Shown here piece by piece: positions 37,816 through 50,115 of a DNA stretch of 64,000 nt. How positions within the stretch are numbered: position 1 is the stretch's first letter; every line of letters starts with the position of its first letter. The notes under the pieces are model-generated. The model saw only the letters and a list, made by a program, of their open reading frames with translations. It was not told the origin of the DNA and did not search any database. Source of the stretch: Malacoraja senta (lineage: Eukaryota); contig CM075979.1 of the NCBI GenBank assembly GCA_038087875.1, positions 7,812,001-7,876,000 of the forward strand. Reading direction: 5' to 3'. The translations under genes were made by a program, and so were the position numbers.

Positions 37816-38760
37816 TGACAATAATAAACTCAAACCTAAACCTGATCCTCTCTAACTGCCTCTTATAGTTATTCCATGATCAGCCATGATCACATTGAAT
37901 GGCGGTGCTGGCTCGAAGGGCCGAATTACCTACTCCTGCACCTATTGTCTATTGTCTATTGTCCATGGGTATTATAATCACAACAGTAAACTGAAATTAC
38001 ATTCATGTTTTTTTGCTTTACATGTATAGTAAATCCTCCTTTTGACGGACATTTTCATAATGGATTGTGGTTATAGCGGACTGAACTGCCAACAGCTGCC
38101 CGAGCCATCACCGTCACATGTCGCTTACAGCGCCAGCTTCCCGAATCACCCGCGGCTTGCTCCACTTCCAGGCAGGAGCTTCTGCCACCACCTCCGGCCC
38201 ACACAGCTCCCACCACCACTGCTGACCCTCACCTGCACTCCCGTGAGCCGCGACCATTGACTCCACCAATCCTCGCCTCTCCCCCAGCCACCAGCAGGAC
38301 GGGGCCATCAGCTCACCTGGATTCCAACCCCAGTCCGAGAGTCTGAAAAAGAATCTTGACCCGAAGTGCCACCTATCCATGTTCTCCAGATATGCTGTCT
38401 GACCTGCTGAGTTACTCCAAAGCTTTATGTCCTTTTGTGTATTAACAGCAACTGCAGACGTTTGTTTCTACTACTCATACAATGATAATACCTTACTCAG
38501 TTATGGTGGACAATGGGCAATAACTGACACCATTCCCCCCCATAGTCTTTTATAACGAGGGTTTACTGTACTTGTACCTACCATAGATGTAATACTGATG
38601 TGAAAGAGAATGTACTCTGCACTTAATGTAATCATGCATAGTACTGGATTATTAGATCTAGAAAAGTGTCAGTGAAAAGACAAGGCTGGTGCCAGGAATG
38701 ACCAATGCAGTTGAGTGATTAGCATCTTAAATATATCTCTTTTTTTTTAATTTTCCGTTT

Positions 38761-39526
38761 GGGATGGCACAGTGATGCAGCAGTAGAGTTGCTGCCTTGC
38801 AGCGCCAGAGACTCAGGTTTGATCCTGCATACGGGTGCTGTCTGTACAGAGTTTGTATGTTCTCCCCGTTGCCGTATGGGTTTTCCCCATGTGCTCCGGT
38901 TTCCTCCCACACGCCAAAGGCGTACAGGTTTGTAGATTAATTTGCTCTGGTAAAGATTGTAAATTGTCCCTAGTGTGTAGGATAGTGCTAATATACGGGA
39001 GATCAATAGACAATAGACAATAGGTGCAGGAGTAGGCCATTTGGCCCTTCGAGCCAGCACCGCCATTCATTGTGATCATGGCTGATCATCCACAATCAGT
39101 ACCCTGTTTCTGCCTTCTCCCCATATCCCTTGACTCTGCTATCTTTAAGAGCCCTATATAACTCTCTCTTGAAAGCATCCAGAGAATTGGCCTCCACTGC
39201 CTTCTGAGGCAAAGAATTCCACAGATTCACAACTCTCTGGGTGAAAATGTTTTTCCTCATCTCCGTTCTAAATGGCCTATCCCTTATTCTTAAACTGTAG
39301 CCCCAGGTTCTGGACTCCCCCAATATCGGGAACATGTTTCCTTCCTCTTGTGTGTCCAATCCCTTAATAATCTTATATGTTTCAATAAGATCCCCTCGCA
39401 TCCTTCTAAATTCCAGTGTATACAAGTCCAGTCGTTCCATACTTTCAACATATGATCGCTGGTTGGCGCTGACTCGGTGGGGCAAATAGCCTGTTTCTGC
39501 ACTGTATCTCTAAACTAAACTAAACT
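38761..39526 (+). mobile_element. HE1/V-SINE interrupted by an antisense CR1 3' fragment (~39005-39450)
   Basis: SINE head at 38761, resumes at ~39453 (gatcgctggttggc...taaactaaac); insert begins with the reverse (ctattgt)n tail and includes ORF 39096-39485. Confidence 0.85.
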
Positions 39527-39556
39527 GCAAACCATAGTCTTAAAAGGAATGTATAA

Positions 39557-39904
<348 letters not shown>

Positions 39905-41020
39905 GTGAAGCAGTTTGTAGGGTATGTTTTTCTTTTAAAAAAAAATTCATCATGATTTAAGTATACCTGGACATGCTTGGATACACAGCCAAGGTATATG
40001 TTTTGTTTTAAAGGGCGACCAGCAAGATATGTGCTTCTACAAAACTTTGCTGCCCCCACACCTCTCCCCCACCCCTTTATATGGCATAAAGCTCATGCCA
40101 TATCTCTTCATTGTGCGAGCTGTCAATGACAAACAGGGCAGTTGATCCATTCTACAATGTCCATCTACAAGGTATCCGGAACATTCTGCTTCTCAACTCC
40201 TCCTGGCATAAGGATGGTCATAGTACCAGAAAGAACATGTGACACCCACAGCTAAAATGGACACGTATGTTTTATTTGAGGGGTTGGGAGGGCAAAATAA
40301 CATGTTATCAACATTTAAAAAAAAAAAATCAAACTTGCCCTCCTCACATGTATATATTTATTGGTTCATGTAGTATTTTATATGCTTGTTTTGTTCCCGT
40401 TAAGTATAAAGGGGCTAATTTTCTGTATCAGATTTTGTTTTTGGCTCTGTGTGGAGTAGAACACCATGGGGTATATATTTGCTTCAAACGTGTTGGTGGC
40501 AGAAGGTTTAGATGTTGTGTTGGGAGCAATAAGCATGCAATCTTAATTTATTTTCTACAATGTAGCAAGTCTTTTTTTCTTTGCCTGGTTGTGCTCTAAC
40601 TTCACAAGGCAGCCAGATCAGGGTTGGGAACGATGAACGACTGCAACACTGCAGTCAGTGATTTAGCCTCAGTTACATTTTACCGTATGTAGCCTGACTC
40701 CTCACCTTTCATTATTGTTTCCTGCTACAAAATGGAATTGGTAGCAGGCAGTCGTTACAACAGGACGTTGCTGTTTGCACTGTTTCCTCCCTGTTTTGCT
40801 CCATGTTTAACTTTCCATCATCTTCCTGCACACCTGATGTTTCTGTAACAAGTTTATGTATTAAGACTGAAAGAGACAATTGATTTCTGTTGACCAAAAT
40901 GCAAAACATTTAGTTTTTGTCTATAATAGAACTATTTTTGCAAATATGACACCTGAAAGCTATGAATTAGACTGTAAGTCTGTATTTTAATGGAAATAAA
41001 GTTTACAAATCTCAAAACAG
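39905..41020 (+). other. Probable TMEM263 3' UTR with AATAAA at 40995-41000
   Basis: Repeat-free AU-rich stretch after the stop codon; TGTA motifs upstream of AATAAA. Confidence 0.6.
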
Positions 41021-42572
41021 CATGATTGAAAATGTTCAGCTTTCCATAATTGTCATATTTTGTCCTGAATGGCTGTGAATTTGCAGACGCTGGCACGCCA
41101 TATTTGCATCTAGTGATTTGCTGCAAAGAAATTGTAAACATTTAAGCCTGGGATGTGGATCACACAATTTAAATTAAACATTAAAAAACAATCCTAAAAG
41201 TTGATGAATTGCCCATGCAATTAGATAGTTAAGAGAACGGAAAGGGTAGACATGGAATACTGCAGTAAATGAACATGCAACGATTGGACAAGTGCATGTT
41301 GGTCTCAGAGGCAGATGAATAGAGATGGACAAGTTACCTTTTTCACATATAGATATCATATTAAGTGGATGTGGTGCAAGCCAGCTCCAAGGAGCGGGCA
41401 CAGTGCCTGCAACAGCAATTGTACTTGCAGCAGCTGATGTTCTTTCTGCCTGTCCATTTGGAGAGTTGTGCAAGCAAGAAAATTAAGTTTCAGACCACAG
41501 CTTAAAACCAGCCATGCGTCCAGATGGTAACTGTGGAATGAGACACAGTGTATGGGCCTGGATTAATATTGATGTAGTTACTGATGCTGAACAAGTAACT
41601 AGAAGTCATAGTTCAAATCCCTATGTTCATGTTGACTTGACATGTTACGTTTAATTCAGTAGATATTGTTATTTATGGGCTCAAGTCAGAAAATATAAAA
41701 GCTTCAATTTTTTTTTAAAGTGCATAACCTGCTCACAAACATTTTTCAGCGAACAAGACTTTGCCATTTACCTGCCTCACTCTAGCCTGTATTGTGTGAT
41801 TGATTCTTAATGCCTTTATAAGCCACTCCTTTTTACAGAACCTCACTTACAGCAAGAAGGTGGGACACCTTTTGTTCTTGAAGTTATCAAGCTATATGAC
41901 AATCTCACATCAATTTCTCAAGACTGTTTATGATGGTTTGGGAGGGAACAAGGGGTGAAGGTTGGAGGTATAAAGTTCAGACGCTGGAAGAGATTGGAAA
42001 AAAGAAGAGTTAAGGGCATGAAAAGGTTTAAACATAAATCTATCTTGGAGGCTTTGGGGACCAGGACAGTACATATCCTGGTCATCATGGTACATCAAAG
42101 ATCTACTTGCAGACAATAGAACCATGGATGGGGCATTAAGAATGGGAGTCCTGACTCCTTACGTAGAGAATTACAACGTTTCACTGTCTTCTGGGTGAGG
42201 AAACTTCTCGTCTCTCTCTGGATGGTCGACCTCTTATTTTCAGACTTCGAATAGCTAGGGAAAAAGTCAGCTCCATTCCTAACCGATTTAGAAAAGTCAT
42301 AATACTCTATGTTTCAATAAGATGACTTCTCATTCTTCAAAACTCATCACCTCTGGTTCAAGGAAGAGTGTAGAAAGTTTGCAGGGAGTAGTACCTGACA
42401 CACATTCTTACGTTTAAGAAACAGTTAGCCAGGTACATGGATAGGACAGGTTTGGAGGGATATGGGCCAAATGCAGGCAGGAGGGACTAGTGTAGCTGGG
42501 ACATGTTGACCGTTGTCGGCAAGTTGGGCCGAAGTGTCTGTTTCCATGCTGTATCACTCTATGACTATGACA

Positions 42573-42861
42573 CAGGTATTACTTTTTTCTGGAATCTGAT
42601 GGTCCGCACCTCCTTTACTCCGGACAATACTACGAGAATTATGTGTGGCGCCATCTTGAAAGAGTTAATTGTTTCATTCTTTGTTAATTGTTAATTATTT
42701 ATGTTTCTAGCAGTCCGTGGTGCTTTAGAGACATGGGGGAGGAGTATAATTAGTGGGTCAGAGGTGTATTGTTGAATTATTATTACTCTGTTGTTCCGGC
42801 AAAATGGAAAATCTGGCAAGTCTCTGGAACCAAGACTGCTGGAAAATCGATGCTGTACCTG
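42573..42861. mobile_element. Degenerate Tigger/pogo-like MITE
   Basis: caggta...tacctg followed by TA; internal ccgga motifs; left TSD not preserved. Confidence 0.4.
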
Positions 42862-43019
42862 TACCTTATAAAAGTTGAGGTGCCAAGCCTTGTAAAACTG
42901 CAAATCAGAACACACTTCACCCACTGAGTTCTTCCAGCAGTTTGTTGTTAACTGCAATATAGGACTATTGAGCAAAAACAGCATGCAACAGATCAATGGT
43001 GGATGCGATCTCACTGGCT

Positions 43020-44200
43020 CTCCACTCTGCTCTGGACCACTTGAACAACAAAAACTCCAATGTCAGGCTGTTATTCATTGACTACAGCTCGGCATTTAAT
43101 ACCATCATCCCCTCCAAGCTGGTTACCAAGCTCTCAGATCTGGGTCTCTGAGCATCCCTCTGCAATTGGATCCTCGACTTCCTCATCCACAGACCACAGT
43201 CTGTCCATATTGGTGGAAATGTGTCATCCTCAATAACAATCAGCACGGGAGCACCTCAAGGCTGTGTGCTCAGCCCTCTGCTTTACTCACTCTATACTCA
43301 TGACTGCGTAGCCGGACATAGTGCGAACTCCATCATCAAGTTCGCCGACGACACCACTGTTGTGGGACGTATCACTGATGGTGATGAGTCAGAGTATAGA
43401 AGTGAGATCGACCGATTGACCAAATGGTACCAGCACAATAACCTGGCTCTCAACACCAGCAAAACCAAGGAACTGATTGTGGACTTTGGAAGGGGTAGGA
43501 TAGGGACCCACAATCCCGTTTATATCAACAGGATGTTGGTGGAAAGGGTCAAGAACTTCAAATTCCTGGGCGTGCATATTTCCGAAGATCTTTCGTGGTC
43601 TTAGCACACTGATGCAATTATAAAGAAAGCACATCAGCGCCTCTACTTCCTGAGAAGATTACGGAGAGTCGGTATGTCAAAGAGGACTCTCTCGAACTTC
43701 TACAGGTGTACAGTAGAGAGCATGCTGACTGGCTGCATCGTGGCTTGGTTCGGCAACTTGAGCGTCCAGGAGCGGAAAAGAATGCAGAAAGTTGTGACCA
43801 CTGCCCAGTCCATCATTGGCTCTGACCTCCCCACCATCGAAGGGATCTATCGCAGTCGCTGCCTCAAAAAGGCTGCCAATATCATCAAGACCCACACCAT
43901 CATCTCTCCGCTGCCATCAGGAGAAGGTACAGGAGCCTGAAATCTGCAACATCCAGGTTCAGGAACAGCTTTTTCCCCACAGCCACCAGACTATTAAACA
44001 CAACTTCAAACAAACTCTGAACTATAACAGCCTATTGCACTTTATCTGTTTATTTATGTGTATATATATGATCTATGCTATATAGACACTGTTCTCTATT
44101 TATGCTTAAAATATGCTGTTGTGCTGCAGCAAGGAAGAATTTCATTGTCCCATCTGGAGCACATGACAATAAACTCCCTTGACTCTCTTGACTTGACTTG
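43020..44200 (+). mobile_element. Rex1/Babar LINE, 5'-truncated
   Basis: [53 protein letters not shown]; (cttga)n tail. Confidence 0.92.
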
Positions 44201-44967
44201 AGCTAAGTGATATCACAGCCACGGATCAGATCAAAGATCTGCAGTGCTCACATATCTAATAAGAAGGGTCTCGACCCAAAACGTCAACCATTCCTTCTCT
44301 CCAGAGATGCTGCCTGTCCCGCTGAGTTACTCCAGCATTTTGTGTCTATCTTCGGTGTAAACCAACATCTGCAGTTCCTTCCTTCAATTTGTATTTGTAA
44401 CTTAATTACTTTAATTTGTAATAGTGGTTGACAATTAGACATCTAACAAGAAACAAAGGCTCCAAGCACATCCCCATTCTCGTCGGTGATAGGGCCCTAC
44501 TTCTGTGTTCAAGGTAAGGCCAAAGCATTCAGCCCGAAATGCTGAACAGATAATCCATCTCAGCTTCCTCCTGAATTCCAAGAAACCAGTCTCCAGCTGT
44601 TCAATTAATTCCGTATTTTATTACAAAGAAGCTGTCAGCACTGGATACAGTAAAGTCTACGGACCTTGACAGCTACCCAACTGTTGTACTGAAGCTGTAT
44701 GCAGCAGAATGAGCTGCACTTCGAGTCAAGCTGTTTCAGTGCAGTTACAGTACTAGCATCTGTCCAACAATGTAGAAAATTGTCCAGTTACAGGTAGTTC
44801 TGCTATAATGCACGTTTCCATAACACAAATCGGATATAACACTAGTGATGAATTAGGAAGCACAATCAGTAATAGGGAACCTCTTAAAAATGAATTTGGA
44901 ATTGACAAACAGAAAAAAAACCTGTCTTAGAATTTAAATAGTATAGGGTGGGGTAGTGAGCTGGTGT

Positions 44968-44998
<31 letters not shown>

Positions 44999-46150
44999 TG
45001 CTGTTTCTATGTGACCTGCTGTAATCAGACTGTTTCTTAAGAACACAGCTTAAGAACACTTCAACCATGGTTGGCATGAAATTGACAAGCAGCGCTTCCA
45101 ATGATATTCTGTGAGGAAATAACATACATGCACAACATACATGCACACGCATTCCTTCCACTACCAGTGCATCGGCTGCAATGTGCACCAACTACAAAAT
45201 GTAGTTACTCGCCCAAAGGTAGATGCAAAATACTGGAGTAACTCAGCGGGACAGGCAGCATCTCTGGAGATAAGGAATGGGTGACAGTTGGAGAGCCAGA
45301 GTTTGGGTTAGTAAATTAAGCTATACAAAAAATAAAGCAATACTAAGCCTGAAGGGCAACTGGGAGAGAGTGGAATTTATACCGAAGGATCAGTCTGCCA
45401 GTACTATCATATTGGATGAATATCAAATCTCCAACTACTGGAAGAGGCTAACTCTGTTTCCATGGAGACATGTTTGACAGCGACAGAAGGGGAAAAAAAC
45501 CTCTATCCAATCTGCTGCTCTAACTAATCCGAAATTCTCATTAGATAAGCATGGGAACTGGCCAGTTCCATGAAACATGACCAAATTGTCATTTTAAAAT
45601 GTGGTCCATTCACAAGGGTGAATGTAAATCTGTCGTTTGTAGAACCGGCAGATTAGAAAGTAACAGTTTCCTGTCTTTTGTGTCTTACTTGATAATGAGT
45701 TTTTATTGAGTGGAAGGTGTGGATGCGCATTACAGATCTTGCACAGGCAAGGATCAATTCACAAAAATATCCGAGCGACGTATAACTCTGGCCAAGTAAA
45801 TCTTAATAACACACTCAATCGATCCTAATAACAGCGAAAATGTGAAATAAGTTTTACTTCATTTTCCAGAACCATGCCCATATATTAGATTGTAGATTAT
45901 CCCAAAATAATGAATCAATTCAGTTGTAACGGTTACTGAACCAACCTTCCATGTCATAATCAATTTACTTTTCCAATTGTATAATTAGCGCTCAAGAAGC
46001 ATCTATGCGTATAATTAAATTTCATGTTTGTGCCATGCATCTATAGAGCACAAAAACGTGCAAGGAGGTGGAAGATATTTGAAAGAGCATGAAGATTATG
46101 GATGAGGTCAGTTTATTTGAAAAAAATCTGTTCAAACTTTCTCACTCTTA

Positions 46151-46393
46151 GGGCGGCACAGTGGCGCAGCGGTAGAGTTGCTGCCTTACAGCGCCAGAGA
46201 CGCGGGTTCGATCCCGACTACGGCTGCCGGCTGTACGGAGTTTGTACGTTCTCCCCGTGAGGCTTTCTCAGAGATCATCGGTTTCCTCCAACATACGTAA
46301 AAATCGTCCCTAGTGCACGCTTGTGTTGATGTGCGGGGATCGCTGGTCGGTGCGGACTCGGTGGGCCGAAGGGCCTGTTTTCGAACTAAACTA
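46151..46393 (+). mobile_element. HE1/V-SINE with internal deletion
   Basis: gggcggcacagtggcgcagcggtagag...gggttcgatccc; tail gggccgaagggcctgttt. Confidence 0.9.
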
Positions 46394-47090
46394 AGCACAA
46401 ACTACAATTATTTTCCATTATTCCCCCATATGGCAACCAACCAAATTACTTTGGAACCGCAGATGCTGTTTAAACCTAAGATAGACACAAAAAAATACTT
46501 AAATCTTTAATCTGAAACATCACCTATTCCTTTTCTCCGGAGATACTGCCTGACCCACTGAGTTACTCCGGCTTTTCTTGTGTCTGTATGCAAATTACTT
46601 TATTTCTCTATATTCCATTTTACACAATGTTTTGAGTTACTAGGAGTGCAACAGGAAAGCAGATCTGCTGAGCTATTGCTTGAAGTGAGAGGGAACGCTG
46701 TGCAAATGGACCAGAATTTCTGCCAGTTGTGAGTTGCCAGTGCTCCCCACTGACATGTGTAAGATCTGAACCACCTTCAGAGTATCACAAGTACACCAGA
46801 AAATAAGATCGGCAATAAGCAACCTGGTGCCTTGATTCTGCTCTGCCAATCAACATGATCATTGCAGATCTACGCCAGGCCTTAGTTCCTCTTCTGTTCC
46901 GGTTCTCCATTACCCTCAATTCCCCAACCTTTCAAAAAATGATCTACCTCTGCTTTAAATACTTCTAATGATTATGCCCTCCGGGCTGGAGAATTTAAAA
47001 GATTCACTATCCTCTGCAAAAAGTCGCACCTTCATTTGAAATGACAAGCATCTTTTCTTATAAGAAGGACTGCAGATGCTGGTTTACACT

Positions 47091-47518
47091 GAAAAGGGTG
47101 AATTTATTATGGGGAACAAGAAAATGGCAGGTGAGTTGAACAGGTACTTTGGATCCGTCTTCACTCAGGAGGGCACAAACAATCTTCCTGATGTACTAGT
47201 GGCCAGAGGATCTGGGGTGACGGAGGAACTGAAGGAAATCCACCTTAGGCAGGAAATTATGTTGGGTAGACTGATGGGACTGAAGGCTGATAAATCCCCA
47301 GGGCCTGATGGTCTGCATCCCAGGGTACTTAAGGAAGTGGCTCTAGAAATTGTGGACGCATTGGTGAACATTTTCCAATGTTCTATAGATTCAGGATCAG
47401 TTCCTGTGGATTGGAGGGTAGCTAATGTTATCCCACTTTTTAAGAAAGGCAGGAGAGAGAAAACGGAATTATAGACCAGTTAGCCTGACATCGGTGGTGG
47501 GGAAGATGCTGGAGTCAA
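47091..47518 (+). mobile_element. Internal CR1 ORF2 fragment flanked by an 8-bp direct repeat
   Basis: KADKSPGPDGLHPRVLKE...; tttacact at 47083-47090 and 47519-47526; sits inside a hammerhead-motif repeat. Confidence 0.8.
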
Positions 47519-47632
47519 TTTACACTAAATGCTGGAGTAACTCAATGGGTCAGGCAGCATCAAAGGAGAAGAGAAATGGGTGACGTTTCGGGTCGAGACA
47601 CTTCTTCAGACTGAAAGTGAAGGTATCCTATT

Positions 47633-49525
47633 CAATAGACAATAGGTGCAGGAGTAGACCATTGGGCCCATCGAGCCGGCACCGCCGTTAAATGTGATCA
47701 TGGCTGATCATCCCCAATCAGTACCCCGTTCCTTCTCATATCCCCTAACTCCACCATCTTTAAGAGCTCTATCTAGCTCTCTCTTGAAAGTATCCAGAGA
47801 ACCGCCCTCTGAGGCAGAGAATTCCACAGACTCACAACTCTCTGTGTGAAAAAGTGTTTCCTCATCTCTGTTCTAAATGGCTTACCCCTTATTCTTAAAC
47901 TGTGGCCCCTGGTTCTGGACTCCCCCAACATCGGGAACATGTTTCCTGCCTCTAGCGTGCCAAACCCTTAATAACCTTATATGTTTCAATAAGATCCCCT
48001 CTCATCCTTCTAGATTCCAGAGTATACAAGCCCAGCCGCTCCATTCTCTCAGCAGATTACAGTCCAGCCATCCCGGGAATTAACCTTGTGAACCTACACT
48101 GCACTCCCTCAATAGCAAGAATGACCTTCCTCAAATTTGGAGACCAAACTGCACACAATACTCCAGGTGTGGTCTCACTAAGGCCCTGTACAACTGCAGA
48201 AGGATCTCTTTGCTCCAATACTCAACTCCTCTTGTTATGAAGGCCAACATGCCATTCGTTTTTTTCACTGCCTGCTGCACCTGCATGCTTACTTTCATTG
48301 ACAGATGAACAAGGACCCACCAGATACCGTTGTACTTCCCCGTTTCCCAACTTTGACACCATTTAGATAATAATCTGCCTTCCTGTTTTTGCTACCAAAG
48401 TGGATAACCTCACATTTATACACATTAAACTTCATCTGCCATGCATCTGCCCACTCCCCCAACCTGTCCAAGTCACCCTGCATTCTCATAGCATCCTCCT
48501 CACAGTTCACACTGCCACCCAGCTTTGTGTCATCTGCAAATTTGCTAATGTTACTTGTAATACCTTCATCTAAATCATTAATATATATTGTAAATAGCTG
48601 CGGTCCCAGCACCGAGCCTTGTGGTACCCCACTAGTCACTGCCTGCCATTCTGAAAGAGAGCCGTTAATCCCTACTCTTTGTTTCCTGTCTGCCAACCAA
48701 TTTTCTATCCATGTCAGCACGCTAACCCCAATACCATGTGCCCTAATTTTGCCCACTAATCTCCTATGTGGGACCTTATCAAATGCTTTCTGAAAGTCCA
48801 GGTACACTACATTCACTGGCTCTCCCTTGTCCATTTTCCTAGTTACATCCTCAAAAAATTCCAGATTTCCCCTTTGTAAATTATGATTTACAAAAAGCAT
48901 GATTTCCCCTTTGTAAATTATGTTGACCCGATCCGATCCTGTTACTGCTATCCAAATGTGCCGCTATTTCATCTTTTATGATTGACTCCAGCATCTTCCC
49001 CACCACCGGTCAGGCTAACTAGTCTATAATTCCGTTTTCGCTCTCCCGCCTTTCTTAAAAAGTGGATTACATTAATTACCCTCCAATCCACAAGAACTGA
49101 TCCTGAATATATAGAACATTGGAAAATGTTCACCGATGCGTCTACGATTTCTAGAGCCACTTCCTTAAGTACCCTGGGATGCAGGCAATCAGGCCCTGGG
49201 GATTTATCAGCCTTCAGTCCCATCAGTCTACCCAACACCATTTCCTGCCTAAGATGGATTTCCTTCAGTTCCTCCGTCACCCCAGATCCTCTGGCCACTA
49301 GTACATCAGGAAGATTGTTTGTGCCCTCCTAAGTGAAGACGGATCCATAGCACCTGTTCAACTCATCTACCATTTCCGTGTCCCCCATAATAAATTCACC
49401 CTTTTCCGTCTTCAAGGGTCCAACTTTGGTCTTAACTAATTTTTTTCCTCTTCACATACCTAAAGAAGCGTTTATTTTCTTTATCTCCTTTATTTTCTTG
49501 GCTAGCTTATCTTCGTACGTCATCT
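47633..49525 (-). mobile_element. CR1/HER1 LINE, 5'-truncated
   Basis: ORFs 48295-48900 and 48969-49298 (RT motifs YLDFQKAFDKVPH, KFADDTK); reverse ctattg tail at 47633. Confidence 0.93.
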
Positions 49526-49639
49526 ATTTCTTTTCTCCAGAGTTGATTCCTGACCAGCTGAGTTACTCCAACATTTTGTTTCTACCTTTTACGTAATATC
49601 TGCAATTGTCTACTACTCCCCAGCCAACCCTTGAATGTC

Positions 49640-50115
49640 AAGTCAAGTTGAGTCACGTTTATTGTCATATGCACAAATATGGTAAGCTGCAGGTACAATG
49701 AAAACTTTGCTTGCAGCAGCAACATAGGCACAGAGACTCAAACACACAAAATATAAATCAGACAAGACAGTGAAAAGAAAAATACTGTAAAAAATCAGGA
49801 AATGAGTACAGACCATAATTAGAAAACAAGTCCATGATAATGCAAGGGGTGATTTCATTTATTTTGCTGAGGTAGGATTGGAGTTGTGCAGGTTGGTTCA
49901 AGACCCTGATGGCTATGTGAAGGTAACTGTTCCTGAACCCAGTGGTGTGGGAGTTCAGGCTTCTGTTCCTTCTGCCAAACGGCAGCAGTGGGAAGAAGGC
50001 ATGAGCCAAATGGTGGTATTCTTGATATTAGATGCTACCTTATTGAGGCAGCACCTCACGTGGATGCTTCTGATGGTGCGAAGTTCTAAGTTTGCGGTGG
50101 AATGGGCTGAGTGTA
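49640..50115 (-). mobile_element. Rex1/Babar LINE 3' end (old)
   Basis: LLPFGRRNRSLNSHTTGFRNSY...AIRVLN; reverse gacaataaa and cttga tail. Confidence 0.75.

Noticed and set aside
46151-46225. tRNA-like sequences here and at 34523, 37612, 38761, 62020
   Set aside because: They continue into SINE core and LINE-like tail; SINE heads, not tRNA genes.
48864-48922. Short duplication with fold-back inside CR1
   Set aside because: Looks like a local repair scar replacing part of the RT; no sign of function.
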